A stretch of 64,000 nucleotides of DNA from contig NW_003314316.1 of NCBI RefSeq assembly GCF_000143415.4, positions 1,076,666 through 1,140,665 of the forward strand, given 5' to 3'. This DNA is from Selaginella moellendorffii. Lineage: Eukaryota; Plantae; Lycopodiophyta. Below are positions 37,211 through 50,700 of this stretch, piece after piece (position 1 is the stretch's first letter; every line of letters begins with the position of its first letter). The notes beneath the pieces were generated by a model. It saw only the letters and a list, made by a program, of their open reading frames with translations, had not been told where the DNA came from and searched no databases. The translations under genes were made by a program, and so were the position numbers.

Positions 37211-37620
37211 GTATATACCTTCTATAAATCATACCACATCCTTGTGGTACCATCCTTTTTCATAATAAAAAGGACCAGTGCTCAACTTACTTGGTCACAT
37301 ATGATATTTGTCAAGAAGCTCCTAAATTGCTTCTTGAGTTTAGTTATCTCTTTAATGCTTAAATGATATAAAGCCTTCATAGATGGTTTAGAACCCAGAA
37401 CAACCTCAATTTGATTATCAACCTCATGGATATGAAGTAGCCTTAGTGGTAAATCCTTTGAAAAGATATCTTAATTCTTTACCAGCAACTTCAATATTTC
37501 CTTTAGTACAGAATCAACTTATCACCAAATCTAATTGAGTCACGATCACCCTAGCTTCCATCACTTCAACTCAGAAGATTTAACATCCCGTCTTAGTTGT
37601 TTTTTGAGCAACTCTTGTAA
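37211..37620 (-). pseudogene. Highly decayed gypsy RT N-terminal remnant, the target of B3
   Basis: Minus strand reads HEVDNQIEVVLGSKPSMKALYHLSIKEITKLKKQ..KKDGTTRMWYD, resembling REVDHxIELxPG..KKDGxxRMCxDY. Confidence 0.6.
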
Positions 37621-37822
37621 TTAGGAACTTGGCATCCCAATCTCTCGAGGAGCACTTTTACAATTAAAAAGACATATTAGGATGTCCTTTTGACCTCAAT
37701 GTAATACGAGTTTGTCTAGCACTATATATCCCTTGAATATACTTGTTGAAGAAATTTATTAACAAATATCATCTAAAATTTTTGTATCTTCAAAACTATT
37801 AAATCTAATATTTCTTTCCAAT

Positions 37823-38971
37823 TGTAACACATCTTATTTCTCTTCTATTAAGCCAACTGGAAAAGGGGCAATTGCTTGATGAGAGAGCCCTTAGTGGCTA
37901 TTTTATCCCCATTTATCACACAAGGTTCCAAGGATCCACGGTGATAGTATATCCAAATCTCATCCCATGATCACATACACTACACTCACCCCCCCTTTAG
38001 AGATGTTAATGTCTTCATTAACTATTGACTAATAACCCCTATTGAGCAAAGGGGGAACCAACACCTCCATTTCCGCACTGAATCTATCAATCCTAATCTC
38101 ATCCCATGATAGCGAGGGTGTTTGGCAGACACGGTAAGCTATCATTCAGCAATATTGAGGGACTAGTCTCAATACGCGGGGGTTCTTGATACTAGCAAGT
38201 GCAAGCCAATGACAGGAGTTTCTCAAACTAGGCCGAGTATGCTCAGCAAGAAACACATATGGTTCCTACCTTATGTTTATCCGATTTAAGTACACGGTCA
38301 TTGACTAGTTTCTCAACTAGCTCAAGCGGGAACGATAAAGGGAACCAACTGTACCGACCTTCTGCCGTCATGGCAGTAAGGAAAGAGTGTCCGTAAGGAC
38401 TGGCCGATAAGTATCTTTCGATACCCGAAATCACATTCTAGACACCCCCCCCCCACCCCCCCACCCCCCCTTTCAAACATGTCAATATCCTCATTAACTA
38501 TTGACTAATAACCCCTACTAAGCCAAAAGGAACTAGCACCTCCATTTCTGCACTAAATCTACCAATCCTTCATTGTATAGATTAGCTATTCCATGTAAGG
38601 CAATTAGTCATCTACCTATACCGCAGTCCCACGGTGAATACTTTCGTCCATAGATACTCCACACAAGAAGAAGGATGTACGCATGGATGCCCAATATGTA
38701 CAATTTCAAATTTAAGGGTAGGAATATACCTTGCTCAAAAGTATATTATATTTTTAAGTAGCCATTAATCAATGGGAATCGAACCCGTGCCATTTGCTTT
38801 GATACTACATGTAACACACCTTATCTTTCTCCCTTTAAACCAACTGAAAAAGGGGCAATTGCTTGATGAGAGAGCTTTTAGTGGTTATTTTATCCTTATT
38901 TATCCCCTAAGGTTCCAAGGATCCACGGTGACAGTATATCCAAATCTCATCCTATGATCACATGCATTACA
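37823..38971 (-). mobile_element. TRIM family D with 162-bp LTRs, containing a C-like LTR segment
   Basis: LTRs at 37823-37984 and 38810-38971 (TGTAACAC..TACA). TSD CCAAT on both sides. Degenerate iMet PBS at ~38796-38807. C-run PPT complement at 37985. Confidence 0.85.
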
Positions 38972-38976
38972 CCAAT

Positions 38977-41190
38977 GTTCTAGTAGTGGGACATGGTGGT
39001 AAACAAAAAACTTTTGCCTCATTGAAAAAGGGTTTTTTTTATATTAGTATGAAAGATGATATAGCGGATTATATCCATTTTTGCCCTATATGCTAAAAGT
39101 GTAAGTATAGAATTAAGAAACAAGCTGGGAAGTTACAATGTATTCTAGCATTGGCATGGCCATTTCAGAGTATGATACTTGACTTTGTCATTTGCTTGTT
39201 GAAGTCTAAAAGGTATAACATTTTAATGGTGGTTGTGGATTAGTTGTCAAAGATTACACAATTTATTTTAACTATAGAAACAATGAATGCGAAGCAAGTG
39301 GCAAAACTCTTTTTCCATGAAGTAGTACGAATTCATGATCTTCCTGAAGAGATGATCTTGAATAGGGATTTGAGATTCACAGGGAAGTTTTAGACTAAAT
39401 TAAAGTTTAATAAAACTTATCATCCTCAAATAGATGGGTAGATAGATTTTTAGTACTATGTCACAATGGACTAATGTGGCTAGGTTGAGCATTTGAACAT
39501 AGCAAAAATCTATTATAATAACACATTTTATAACACTATTAACTATTCTTCATGGGAGATGCTATAAAGAAATGATTGTGGGGTTCCTTAATAAATTTTT
39601 ATCCTAAAACCAATGTTTGTGGTGTTGGTCCCAACCATTGAGACTTATGTGGGGTAGCTGCACCAAGGTTAGTCTAGGGCTATTGAGGTGATGGGTAAAG
39701 CTCAAGATAGGTATCAATGTGATAAAAATCAACATCATTGAGATGTATCCTATTGAGTGGGAGATTAGATATGGCTATCTTTCAATGTTAAGGGGTTTTT
39801 GTCCCAAAAGCTATTAGCAAAATATATTAGACCCTATCGGGTATTGAAATCGGTTAGTGATGTATTCTATAAATTGGATCTTTTGGATGAGTTATCTGTA
39901 AGCAACCAAAGGGAACGACTCGAGAGGCGATCCGTTGGGGTTCAAATATAGAGGGAAAGGGCCCATGAACAAGAGTGCACCCCTTTTTCCAATCAGTCAA
40001 AGGTCTTGGGATATTTGGGGTTAAGCGTCCTTGGGTTTGAATAGTACTGGGTTGGGTGACCTCCCGGGAAGTCCAAACTCAAGAGCTTACATTTGGTATC
40101 GGAGCGGTCTCGAGTCCGACCTTGTTGGTTGGCTAAGGGAATCACACCACATGTTGATTGACATCTGGCTGGTCCAGTGTGCTCCCACTGGGCTCGACCC
40201 GAGGGGTAGGGTGTCAAGAGAGCGAGGCTCTCGGGAGAGCTGCGGCTCTCAGCTTCCGTTCACGAGGGTGTGAACTTGCAGGGAAGCGTGGTGGATTGTA
40301 AGCAACCAAAGGGAACGACTCGAGAGGCGATCCGTTGGGGTTTAAATATAGAGGGAAAGGGCCCATAAACAAGAGTGCACCCCCTTTTCCAATCGGTTAA
40401 GGGTCTTGGGATAGTTAGGGTTAAGCGTCCTTGGGTTTGAATAGTACTGGGCTAGGTGACATCCCGGGAAGTCCAAACTCAGGAGCTTACATTTGGTATC
40501 AGAGGGGTCTCAAGTCTGACTCTGTTGGTTGGGGTCTCAAGTCTGACTCTGTTGGTTGGCTAAGGGAATCACACCACATGTTGATTGACATTTGGCTGGT
40601 CCAGTTTGCTCCCGCTGGGCTCGACCCGAAGGGTAGGGTGTCAAGAGAGCGGGGCTCTCGGGAGAGCTGCGGCTCTCAGCTTCCGTTCACGAGGGCGTGA
40701 ACTTGTAGGGAAGTGTGGTGGATTGTAAGCAACCAAAGGGAACGACTCGAGAGGCGATCCATTGGGGTTCAAATATAGAGGGAAAGGGCCCATGAACAAG
40801 AGTGCACCCCCCCTTTTCCAATCGGTTAAGGGTCTTGGGATAGTTGGGGTTAAGCGTCCTTGGGTTTGAATAGTACTGGGCTGAGTGACCTCCCGGGAAG
40901 TCCAAACTCAGGAGCTTATATTATCCCACGTCCATAATGTGTTTCATGTCAATTTATTGACACCATATCATGTTGTTGTAGAACACTCTATGCACATTTG
41001 TCCCCTACTAGCGGTTGTTGATGGTGAACTGAGTATGAAGTTGAAGCTATTTTGGATAGTCATTGGACCAAACATTTTTAATATCATAAGTACCTAGTCA
41101 AGTGGCATGGCTACCTAATGTATGAATCTACTTAGGAGCCTCTTTGTAATCTTACAAATGCCCATGAGTTGTCATAGAGTATGAGAATCA
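38977..41190 (+). pseudogene. Decayed chromovirus integrase and chromodomain, interrupted by Cassandra
   Basis: LDFVICL..ILMVVVD, YHPQIDG, PYRVLK..YKLDL|HVHNVFHVNLL and chromodomain YEVEAILDS..YLVKWHGY..EST*EP, with many stops. Confidence 0.8.
39897..40920 (+). mobile_element. Cassandra TRIM in a tandem array (LTR-int-LTR-int-LTR)
   Basis: Three ~195-bp LTRs at 39897-40091, 40297-40491 and 40724-40920, each with 5S-like GTTAAGCGTCC..GAATAGTACTGG..GGGAAGTCC. iMet PBS after LTR1 and LTR2. TSD TTATC at 39892-39896 and 40921-40925. Confidence 0.95.
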
Positions 41191-42196
41191 TAATAAAAAG
41201 TAGTTTTTATAAATCTTTGTAATAAATCTTGCAAATTAATAAAGTAATACATTTCCATTATACATTTCTCTCATTCGTTAATTTTGGGTCAGTTTTGGAA
41301 GATTGACTTTGGCATTTCGGTGCATAGATTCAATTCATAACCATAGGGATAAGTATTATAAATTAATCACAAGTCCTCACCTCTCTCTTGTTGACCCATT
41401 TTTGAAAAGGGCATGGTCATATAAACAACTTCATTTGCCAATTTATAATAGTTGTTTAAATCTTTCTGACGAGGTTGATTTGTCCTTAGGAGAGTTGGGC
41501 CTTTAGTTCTCTCTCAATATCCTTACAAACATGGTTGTGTCATTCTCTTATAAATTGAGTGGTACTTGGAATAGTAAATATGGCTAATTCTATTAGTCAT
41601 TTCCTTATCATTGATGGCCGGAAGGTGTTTGAGTCTTAACGTTTTTAGCCGTAGAGAAAAGGTCATTCCCCACTCATTTAAGTTGATGTGTTTCCCACAA
41701 AGTATATTTTCTATGAAATTTAAGAATTATTTCCTTAATGATTTGCTATTGATGAAGACATCAATCTTCCCTAAAGAGGGGAGAGTGTTGCAAATGTGAC
41801 TTTGGGTATCAAAAGATATTTGTTAGTCAGTCTTTACAAATATTTTCTCCTTACTGCCACAACAGTACAAGATTAATACTATTGATTCCTTTCATTAACC
41901 CCTCTTGTTCAAGTGTTAATAAATTAGACTTAGCATCTATACTTAGCTAGATGAACAGAAAATAGAAAATTATATGTTTCTTGACCTAGCTTTTAGTTTT
42001 TTTTTTGTTCTGTTTTGCACTGGCTTAGCAAAAACCCTTGTATATTGAGTCTAGTCCCTCAATATCACTATATAATAATTTACCATGTCTACCAAACACT
42101 CTTGCTATCATACCCTATATATTCATTCCATTCTGATCCTATATGCAATTTATAATAAGTGTCTATATCTGCTCAAGGACTATATTTATGAAATTT

Positions 42197-42757
42197 AAGG
42201 ATCCATAGTGACAATATATCCAAATTTCATCCCATGATCAAATATGTTGTACTCACCTCCCTTTCAAAGATATTAATGTCCTCATTGACTATTGACTGAT
42301 AACCCTTACTTAGCTAAGGGGAACCAACACTTCCATTTCCGCACTAAATTTACCAATCCTCCTATTGTGTAAACTAGTTATTCCATATGAGGCAACTAAT
42401 CATCCACCTACAGTATCGCAGTCCTACAGTGGATACCTTCGTTCGTATATACTCCACACAAGAGGAAGGACATATGCATGGATGCCAATACATATGATTT
42501 CAAATTTAGGGGTAAGAATATACTTTGCTCAAAGGTATATTTTTAAGTAGCCACTAATCAATGAGAATTAAATCTGTGCCATTTGCTCTAATACCACATG
42601 TAGCACACTTTATCTCTCTCCCTTTAAATCAACTGGAAAAGGGGCAATTGCTTGATGAGAGAGCCTTTAGTGGCTATTTTATCCCTATTTATCCCCTAAG
42701 GTTCCAAGGATCCATAGTGACAGTATATCCAAATCTCATCCCATGATCAAATGCAAT
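42197..42757 (-). mobile_element. Second, older and truncated copy of TRIM D
   Basis: Collinear with 38470-38971. LTR from 42599 (TGTAGCACAC), PBS complement GCTCTAATACCA, partial left LTR at 42197-42251. Confidence 0.75.
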
Positions 42758-45700
42758 AAAGCTCTATTTTGTTAAATTCGGATTTATTCAGTAAAATGGG
42801 ACTAGGTACAAATTTTCAAGTATTTGAAAATGACGTGAAATTATATGTTTTTTGTCCAGGAAATAGATATATCTGGGGCATGGTGACTAGCGCGGTGACT
42901 TTGTGTCCAGACTGAGTCCATCTGGTTGTATAATAAATCTCATTGTCAAGGTGAACAAGCCGAATCTGAAGCTAAAGAAGAGCGATGGCATACGCGCACA
43001 CACTATTTGTTTGTTCATTGAGCGTGTGGTGAGCTTTCCAAGATGAACGTCATTCCTATTAGCCAGACATATAACTTAATGGTGAGAACATTTAGATATT
43101 ATTCAATGGTATCTTTTTCTAATGAATCTAATTGTGAAGGTGTAGCAAGAGGCATTGCTAGTCTGGAGAAGTCATTTAACTCATTTGACCCTTAGTGTAT
43201 TTTCATGAAACTAAATAACATTCATATTATTAAGGAATTTCTCTAGTACCTTTTTTTTACGACATAGAGGCTTGCATTTCTTTCAAAGGTGATTTAGTAA
43301 AAGGCCTGAGGGCACATGCCATTCTATTTCTTAGACCGGTATTAAGATATACTAGTGCAAAGGGAAAAAGGTATTTGGTGATCAAGTAAATGGCATGAGG
43401 GCACACGCCATTATAAGCCTAAGCGCTAGTGGACACCTCCTTTTTGGTACTCTCAGCGGTACTATCATCCTTCTCCGGGTCAGTTGTTTTGCTTTGGATT
43501 GTTGTCTCTAACGTTACTGGGGCGTTCTCGATAGTTGTTAATGTTGCCGTTTGTTCAGAAAAATGATCACCTGGAGTATAGTACGGGGAGTTTGGAAGAT
43601 TTATATATTCTACATCTTCACCTATCTCCTTCTCCGTCTCCTTTTCTGCCTCACTTACAGATTTTGTGCTTGCCATGAGAACGCTCTTCACCCTAAAATA
43701 TGGAGTTTGTTGTGTTATAAAAGGAAACCAACACACACGCTGCAAGGGAATGATGGTACATAAAGCACGTAAGCCCACAATATGGGTTTATGTGCCATTA
43801 ATATGGGCCACACGCCATATTATTAGATTTATGCACGTGTGATTGGTAAATGCATATGTCACATCATCTTTGTTTTACCTCACACACTATATCAGGCCTA
43901 ATGAACCATATCACATGTGCGCACATGCTATATATATGGAGAAGTATTATGCAAGGATAGAAAAATTCAATGCATGATTGTGGAGAGCAATGGCATGAAG
44001 CCACATGCTAAATAGCATTTTAGAGAAAGAATTAAAATAAAAACATGCAAACAGTACTGAGTGGACCAAGACTTAGAAGTGCACAATTGAATGAGGTATT
44101 TCTAATAAATATTTCACTCACCTCATATAGGAATGGCTACCACTCTCAAATGGCGTATCGCCTCATGCCATCACCTCGCAATTTGTTATAACAATCCGAT
44201 GAATTCATATTCGGCTTGTTCACCTTGAACTTTAAGTAAGATTTGCTAGAACAACTAAGAATTTATACTTGTTATTTGTATCATCTCACCTAGGAATGGC
44301 ATAAGGCCACATGCCATCACGCCTCCTCTGATTCAAATTCGGATTGTTCACCTTGAAATAAAATACCTTAGAAACTTAGTAAAGGAATATTAATGAATCT
44401 CACCTTGAACCCGGGTTATGAATGCTCTTGCTGCATCTCTTGCATGGTCTGGCAAGGTGATGGTGGCACTCTGCTTCCGCATCCAACCATGCACAACATT
44501 ATCCACCGATATACTCATGCTGGGATCCCTTGGATTCAGCACCCATCTCTTTTCTAGGCAATCCTTCGTATATCCAGAACTTGGCTTGAACCACTCCACA
44601 GTTACATTGAAGGAGTTAGTTTCTACGTCCTCCTCTGCATCAGTGATGCAGCGCAAACACGACCATTCCTTTGCAGACCTGTACTGGATTGAATGCTGAA
44701 TCCGGCTTCTTGTTCCTCGGCCCACAATAGTGATCCTCAACATCGTTATCTGTCACTGCATTTCCAAAGGACATTGTTCCGCTACTATCTGGTGCTCTGG
44801 GTTCTGGCCAAAAGGACTCTTCCAATTCTTCATATACAACCGGCCCATTTTGGATAGCAGATATAATCTCCACCAAACACCAACCCCCTCTTCCAGAAGG
44901 CAATATGCTGTCTAATCCCGGCCACTATACTTTCTTGGTCTTTGAGTCCATCCGGGTGCATCGGCCGTGGGGAACCCTAAGGAATCATAGGTTCCCCAGT
45001 TATGGGATCTCTCTTGAAGAGTTCAATGACGTCCACTAGCAGCCACACTGTGTCCCATTCTCTCATCTTGTACCTCATCACTGGAGCACCGTCACGCATG
45101 CTGAAATGAAACTGAAGAGGCTTGGAGTGGCCAATCAGTGTTTCGGATCCGTCCCTGATGTAGCCTCTTACAAACCCCTTAAAGTTTGGAACCTCTGTCA
45201 CAAGTGCAGCTTCAACAGTGCCTTTGATGCAATTTTGGAATTCATCGTAGAGTTGTGGGAGGGTGAGGACATTGGATCGTCGGAGGGACTCTGCCAGGTG
45301 AATGAACATGGCATCGACGTCTTCATGAGTGTGCCCAACCATGAGAAAGCCAAGTGTAACCGTTTCAAATATGCCTTTGGCAACAAGCATCGCTGTAGCG
45401 CACGTGGTTTTGACCCTTTATCCTATGGTGATTTACCATAGGATAACACCACGAAGCGGTACCTAAACCCTCTTTGTGCCACGTGACAGATGCCATGTGT
45501 CACATGCCATGTGTCCATGCCACGTGTCCATAGGAACCCGAGGTTCAGAGCCTTGGGCCACTGAACGAAGGAACAGTGCCAAACTCCCAAGCATGGAGCC
45601 AAGGAGTGATGGAACCGAACCACGGAGCAACTCCCGAGCATAAAGCCCAAGGAGCGAAGGGACAAGGGCCCGGAGCGACTTGGAACAGTCCTAGAGTAGC

Positions 45701-47590
45701 TAGCATCCCAATGCTAGGACCAGCACGCAAAACGGAGCCAAACGAAGTCTGGCACTATTTCGGCATACCGGTGGCCTAACGCGAGGATATGGGTACTCCA
45801 CCAACTAGCATGGAATGGAACTTGGGCTTAGACCCAAGCCGGACGCAGAACAAGGACAGGCACGCAAGCGGGAGCTAGACTATGCCTCAGGTTGGTCGGC
45901 CATGCCTGACCTACCCACTATCCCTATTATACATTTGGAACCCCCCACAGCGCCCCCCCCCCCCCTTGAGGAACACACGCTTTGGGCTTTCACCCCAAGC
46001 CTACCCTTAGTACCAGGAGTTAGTCTCTGGGACAAGCTTGAAACTTACTAAATATGGAATGGCGCTAGAATGCGAATTTGGACACGGGACGAACACCATC
46101 ATGTTCAGGCCGATATCTACATTCCGTAGATATGCCAAATGAGCAAATCTGGACACTTTCCATAAATAGCATTTGGGACCGGAATGAGACTAACACAAAG
46201 GGCATGATAGCGAGGGTGTTTGGCAGACACGGTAAGCTATCACCTAGCGAATATTGAGGGACCAATCTCAATATCGCGGGGGTTCCCAACACTAGCAAGT
46301 GCAAGCCAACATCATGAGTTTCTCATCACCGTGTCAAGTCTGCTTGACTAAATGACAACTTAGGATTTCCTTCCTTAGTGCCCTTCCGGTCTAAGTGCAC
46401 ATGTGATGACCAGTTTCTCAACTAGCTTAGGTGGAGACTAATAACGGGCCCAGCAATACCGACCTCCTGCCATCGTGGCAGTAAGGTAAGAGTGTCCGTA
46501 AGGACTAGTCGACAGGTAACTTTCGATACCCGAAGTCACATGCGCGACACTCTCCCCCCCTTGGGAAGATCGACGTCCTCGTCGATGCATACTCGAGTCT
46601 AGAATACCGCCAAGGAAACAACTCCAGAAAAAGTTCACGGTACTCACACTATGTGAGAAATGCACCAACTTAAATGAGTTAGGGGTAACCTCTTTGTCTA
46701 ACGCGGATGCGCTACCAGCTCAGACACCTTCCTGCCGTCGCCGACATGGAAATGACCAACGGAGTCAGCCACCCTTGCTGCTCTGGTTGTCATCCAACTT
46801 ACAAAAGTGTGATATGCCCTGCCCGCAGAGACATAGAGAGAGGAGCCAGGGGCCCCAACCCTCCTGAGCAAAGAAACCAAACCCGTCGGTAAGGTTTAGA
46901 TAGACTACTGTAAACAGGCAGTTAGAGTTGTTTACACGGTCACGCCCTTTCAATGGAATAAGGAACATCGACAGAGAGGCGGGTTATGTGACCAGTCGAC
47001 AGTAGCTACCCCATGATTAGAGATTTCAACATGCACACGAAGTGCCGAAGCCAGTCTGCCTATACTGGCCCAAACTCAAAGATCAATAGATGGACAATAT
47101 CAAAGTCATAAACAATGATATCTTAGAGACGTAATTATCAGTGAGTAAATCTTAGATTAGAACCCAAAAGTATTCCAAGTAAGTTATCATCCGATAAACT
47201 ACTATTGTAGAGTATAGGAACCACCAAGATCATCATAATTGGTAAACATAGGATTCACCATCCCACAAAATCCAATAGCAAGTATATCATCAAGGAAACT
47301 TAATGATAAAACTTAACTACCGAAGATAGCAGACAGTAAGCCAACAACTTACTAGAGATAACTCAAAGAACACAAAGTATCATTGACTAACAAGCACAAT
47401 GCTCGCGAATGTATCACCCAAAGGAAATAACATCCGAATCTATCAAAGCGAACTCAAGCAATAATCAACACAACAGAATGAATGTTGCATGGCCAACAAA
47501 CACTCAGTCATGCCAATCCGAATAGATCCCGGTCAACAATACCAAGGAACCAGAGTTGCTCAAAGCAAGTGTTAGCAACATCCTACTGAT

Positions 47591-47785
47591 TGTAAGCTCC
47601 TGAGTTTGGACTTCCCGGGAGGTCACCCAGCCCAGTACTATTCAAACCCAAGGACGCTTAACTCCAACTATCCCAAGACCCTTAACCGATTGGAAAAGGG
47701 GGTGCACTCTTGTTCATGGGCCCTTTCCCTCTATATTTGAACCCCAACGGATCGTCTCTCAAGTCGTTCCCTTTGGTTGCTTACA
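47591..47785 (-). mobile_element. Cassandra solo LTR
   Basis: 195-bp reverse complement of the Cassandra LTR, TGTAAGC..GCTTACA, flanked by TSD CTGAT. Confidence 0.95.
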
Positions 47786-50700
47786 CTGATGTCTCAAACC
47801 CTAAGAGACCAATCCAGAGAAAACCACAAAGAACATGTGGTATTGCGAAAAGCCAAAAGCTATCAAAGCGAACAACTAACCATCATAAAAGATGATCAAT
47901 TATCCCATCAAAAAGATATGTCAAATCATCGTCAAGTAGAATCTACCATCCCGAAGAATAGCAAATAATTCCAGACCAACAATAATCAAGCAAAACGTTT
48001 GATAAGGATAATCAACTACCCTAGATGATAGTCAATCATCACTAATGATTCCTAGATGCAAAAACCAACTTCAACATCGAAGCTAACAAGCTAAAATGCT
48101 TTCCCCAACAGCTCCTAACAAATGGAACAATGAGCATAAAACTCAAAGAACCAAAAGCTCGAAGAAGTCTATAGCCAAGTCATGCCTAGTAATGATCACA
48201 AGTCTCGCATAAACTAACTTCAATGCCAAAGAAGAAAGCATGGTATAACCCACAATATTCTCCTCAACACATCCATAAGCTAAACCTCATAATGCCAAAG
48301 CTAATGAAGAGCATGTCTGCATCAATCCAAAAGCTAAGCATAACGAAGCTATGCTGGACAAGTGATCACCAAACGATCCTCCATGAATCCATCTATAGCA
48401 AGACGTAATTCACTTCATAACAAGCACAAGAAGAATCATTAATGATCGATATATTCCAACTCAAACCCAATAAGGATTCAAACTTTCCAATAGCGATCAC
48501 TAACTCTTCTGCTTGTAGAGTTAGCATAGTCCATGACTGAATCACCTTTCAAGGAAAAGCCAGAACTCAACCCCTATTAAATAATCTCGTCTAGAACACA
48601 ACTAACTCAAACTTGCCACTTAGTTCATTTGAACGTTAATATAGTTGCTAACTAGCAAATGCTTGAATGCTAATAACACAAAGTCAGTGCCAAATCATCA
48701 ACACTATCTCTACTGAGACTAATGAAACTTAATATCAATTGAGAGAGAGACATCTCATTTCACTTAAATCTCAACATCAATATTGTCAACGACAAGGCAT
48801 CACTTCAATGTCATCAACACCATAACAAAGCTAAAAGAAAGTAAGAGTGAATCACCACTCAAAACTTTCTAGCAACCAAGCTAACCAAGGTCGAAGATAC
48901 TTTACTCAGTATCCAAAACCAATTCTTCAGCAAAACTCAGTTACAGATAACACTTCCTCAAGGAGTGAATCACCATGTCCAAGATTCAATGAAATCCAAC
49001 ACTATGAACTAAACACAACTAAATGATATCAATAGAGGTAGAGTCGACATGCCAACATGGAAAACCCACGTAAGTCAAATGACATGATCCTCCGCAACAC
49101 CATCCGGTAAAGTAAACCCATCACTGCTAAATCATCATCAAGTGAAGCAAGTGTCAAAAGCCTTTGACAAAGTCTACAAGCAATCACTAGTCGCAAAGCA
49201 ACTAACAATCACTCTTTCAACTTGCTTTCACAAGACCCAAACACTAAACTCATACCATCGAGTTATATACTTGTCTAATATCCCCAGGTTGAGATAAAGG
49301 TTCATGGACAAGCACAAACTAAATGACCACTCAAATCCAATTCAACCGCGATAAACTCACTAACACGTTTAGCCAATAGCTCTGAGCATGCCTTGAAGAG
49401 GCTAGCTATGCATGATCAACACTCAGTCGAAACTAAAGCGAAGACCATGAGATGGATCTATATCGGTACACAATCTCTTCATAGACAAAGCTATAGTATG
49501 GGTACCAACATCTCAACTTCAAACAACTAAGTTGGACATCACCATCCTTAGCCAAGGCGCAAAGCCACCGAGACCAAGTCAAGATCAGTAAGAGCTCACT
49601 ACTCTCATAGAGTCTAACGGAATGCAAGGTGCAACCTGCCACCAAGCATAATGCTACAAAAGAAAGGTACAAGGGTCACCTTTCTAGAAAAGCGCAATAG
49701 CCACTTTTCTACACCAATTCCAGACTCTATCCAACTCAATTGCCTTAGCCCCAAAAGTCAGCATCCCTTTCGGGTCGCATCATACAAACTACCTACTAAG
49801 GTCTAAGCTAACCGAAGTCAACTTCAACCCTTCACTAGTTTGTACTGGCTTACGAAACGGAAAGGTTTTCGGACAAAGTGACCAATAGATTAGCCATTGG
49901 AAAAGTCTAAGAAAAATTTGTGGAAAATTTTTCCATCCTAGAGAAAGAATGACTTTCAGTCCAGGAACACAAACTTTCAAGACTCAACCAACTTTCTCCT
50001 ACCAACAACTTCATATAAGTTCACCTCAACACAAATTCTCAAGACCCAATAGCATGCTTAAGCATCGAACATCTTTTTGCCCATACTTCCGACATCCAAC
50101 ATCGACATCCATAAAATGCAAATGGAACATCCAAGGCTTGATTACAAAGACCACATCTTTGAATATCCATATTGCACTAACACTCTTCTTCAACCACCTT
50201 CAAGATCCAATGTGAAGCCAAAACACTAACAAGAAAAATGACATGGAAAATCAAGCTTAAGGAAAATTCCTCATCACTCGAAATAACAATATCATCTCCA
50301 CTAGCACAAGTGCTAACAATGTCAATGCCTCAACTACACACCTTCTCCATCCAATAATCTACTCCAAGTGCTAACGGATAAACTAACAAGCTATAGCAAA
50401 TGAATGCTACAACCCTTTTCCAACACCTATTGGGCAAACCCTCAAGGAACAAGGAACCAACTTAAGATTAGCATAATGGTCCACCTTCGAGAATCCAGTC
50501 AAAGCTACTACAATGCTACTACTTGTAAGTAGACTAGCATCACCATCAATCACTTTGGGGTTGATTATCGTTTAAACAAGCAACTTCGTAAACACATTGC
50601 TTATTATCACATGGATATGATATGGAAATCACAATGTCTTGATCATCAATCAAGCAACACCACGAGCAATGCCAATGTCATTACTTCAAAGGTTTATGTG

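Noticed and set aside
40015-40076. 5S-like sequences as extra 5S genes (also ~40415, ~40845, ~47605)
   Set aside because: Only the A-box to C-box part is present, embedded in TSD-flanked LTRs, with no 5' half or terminator.
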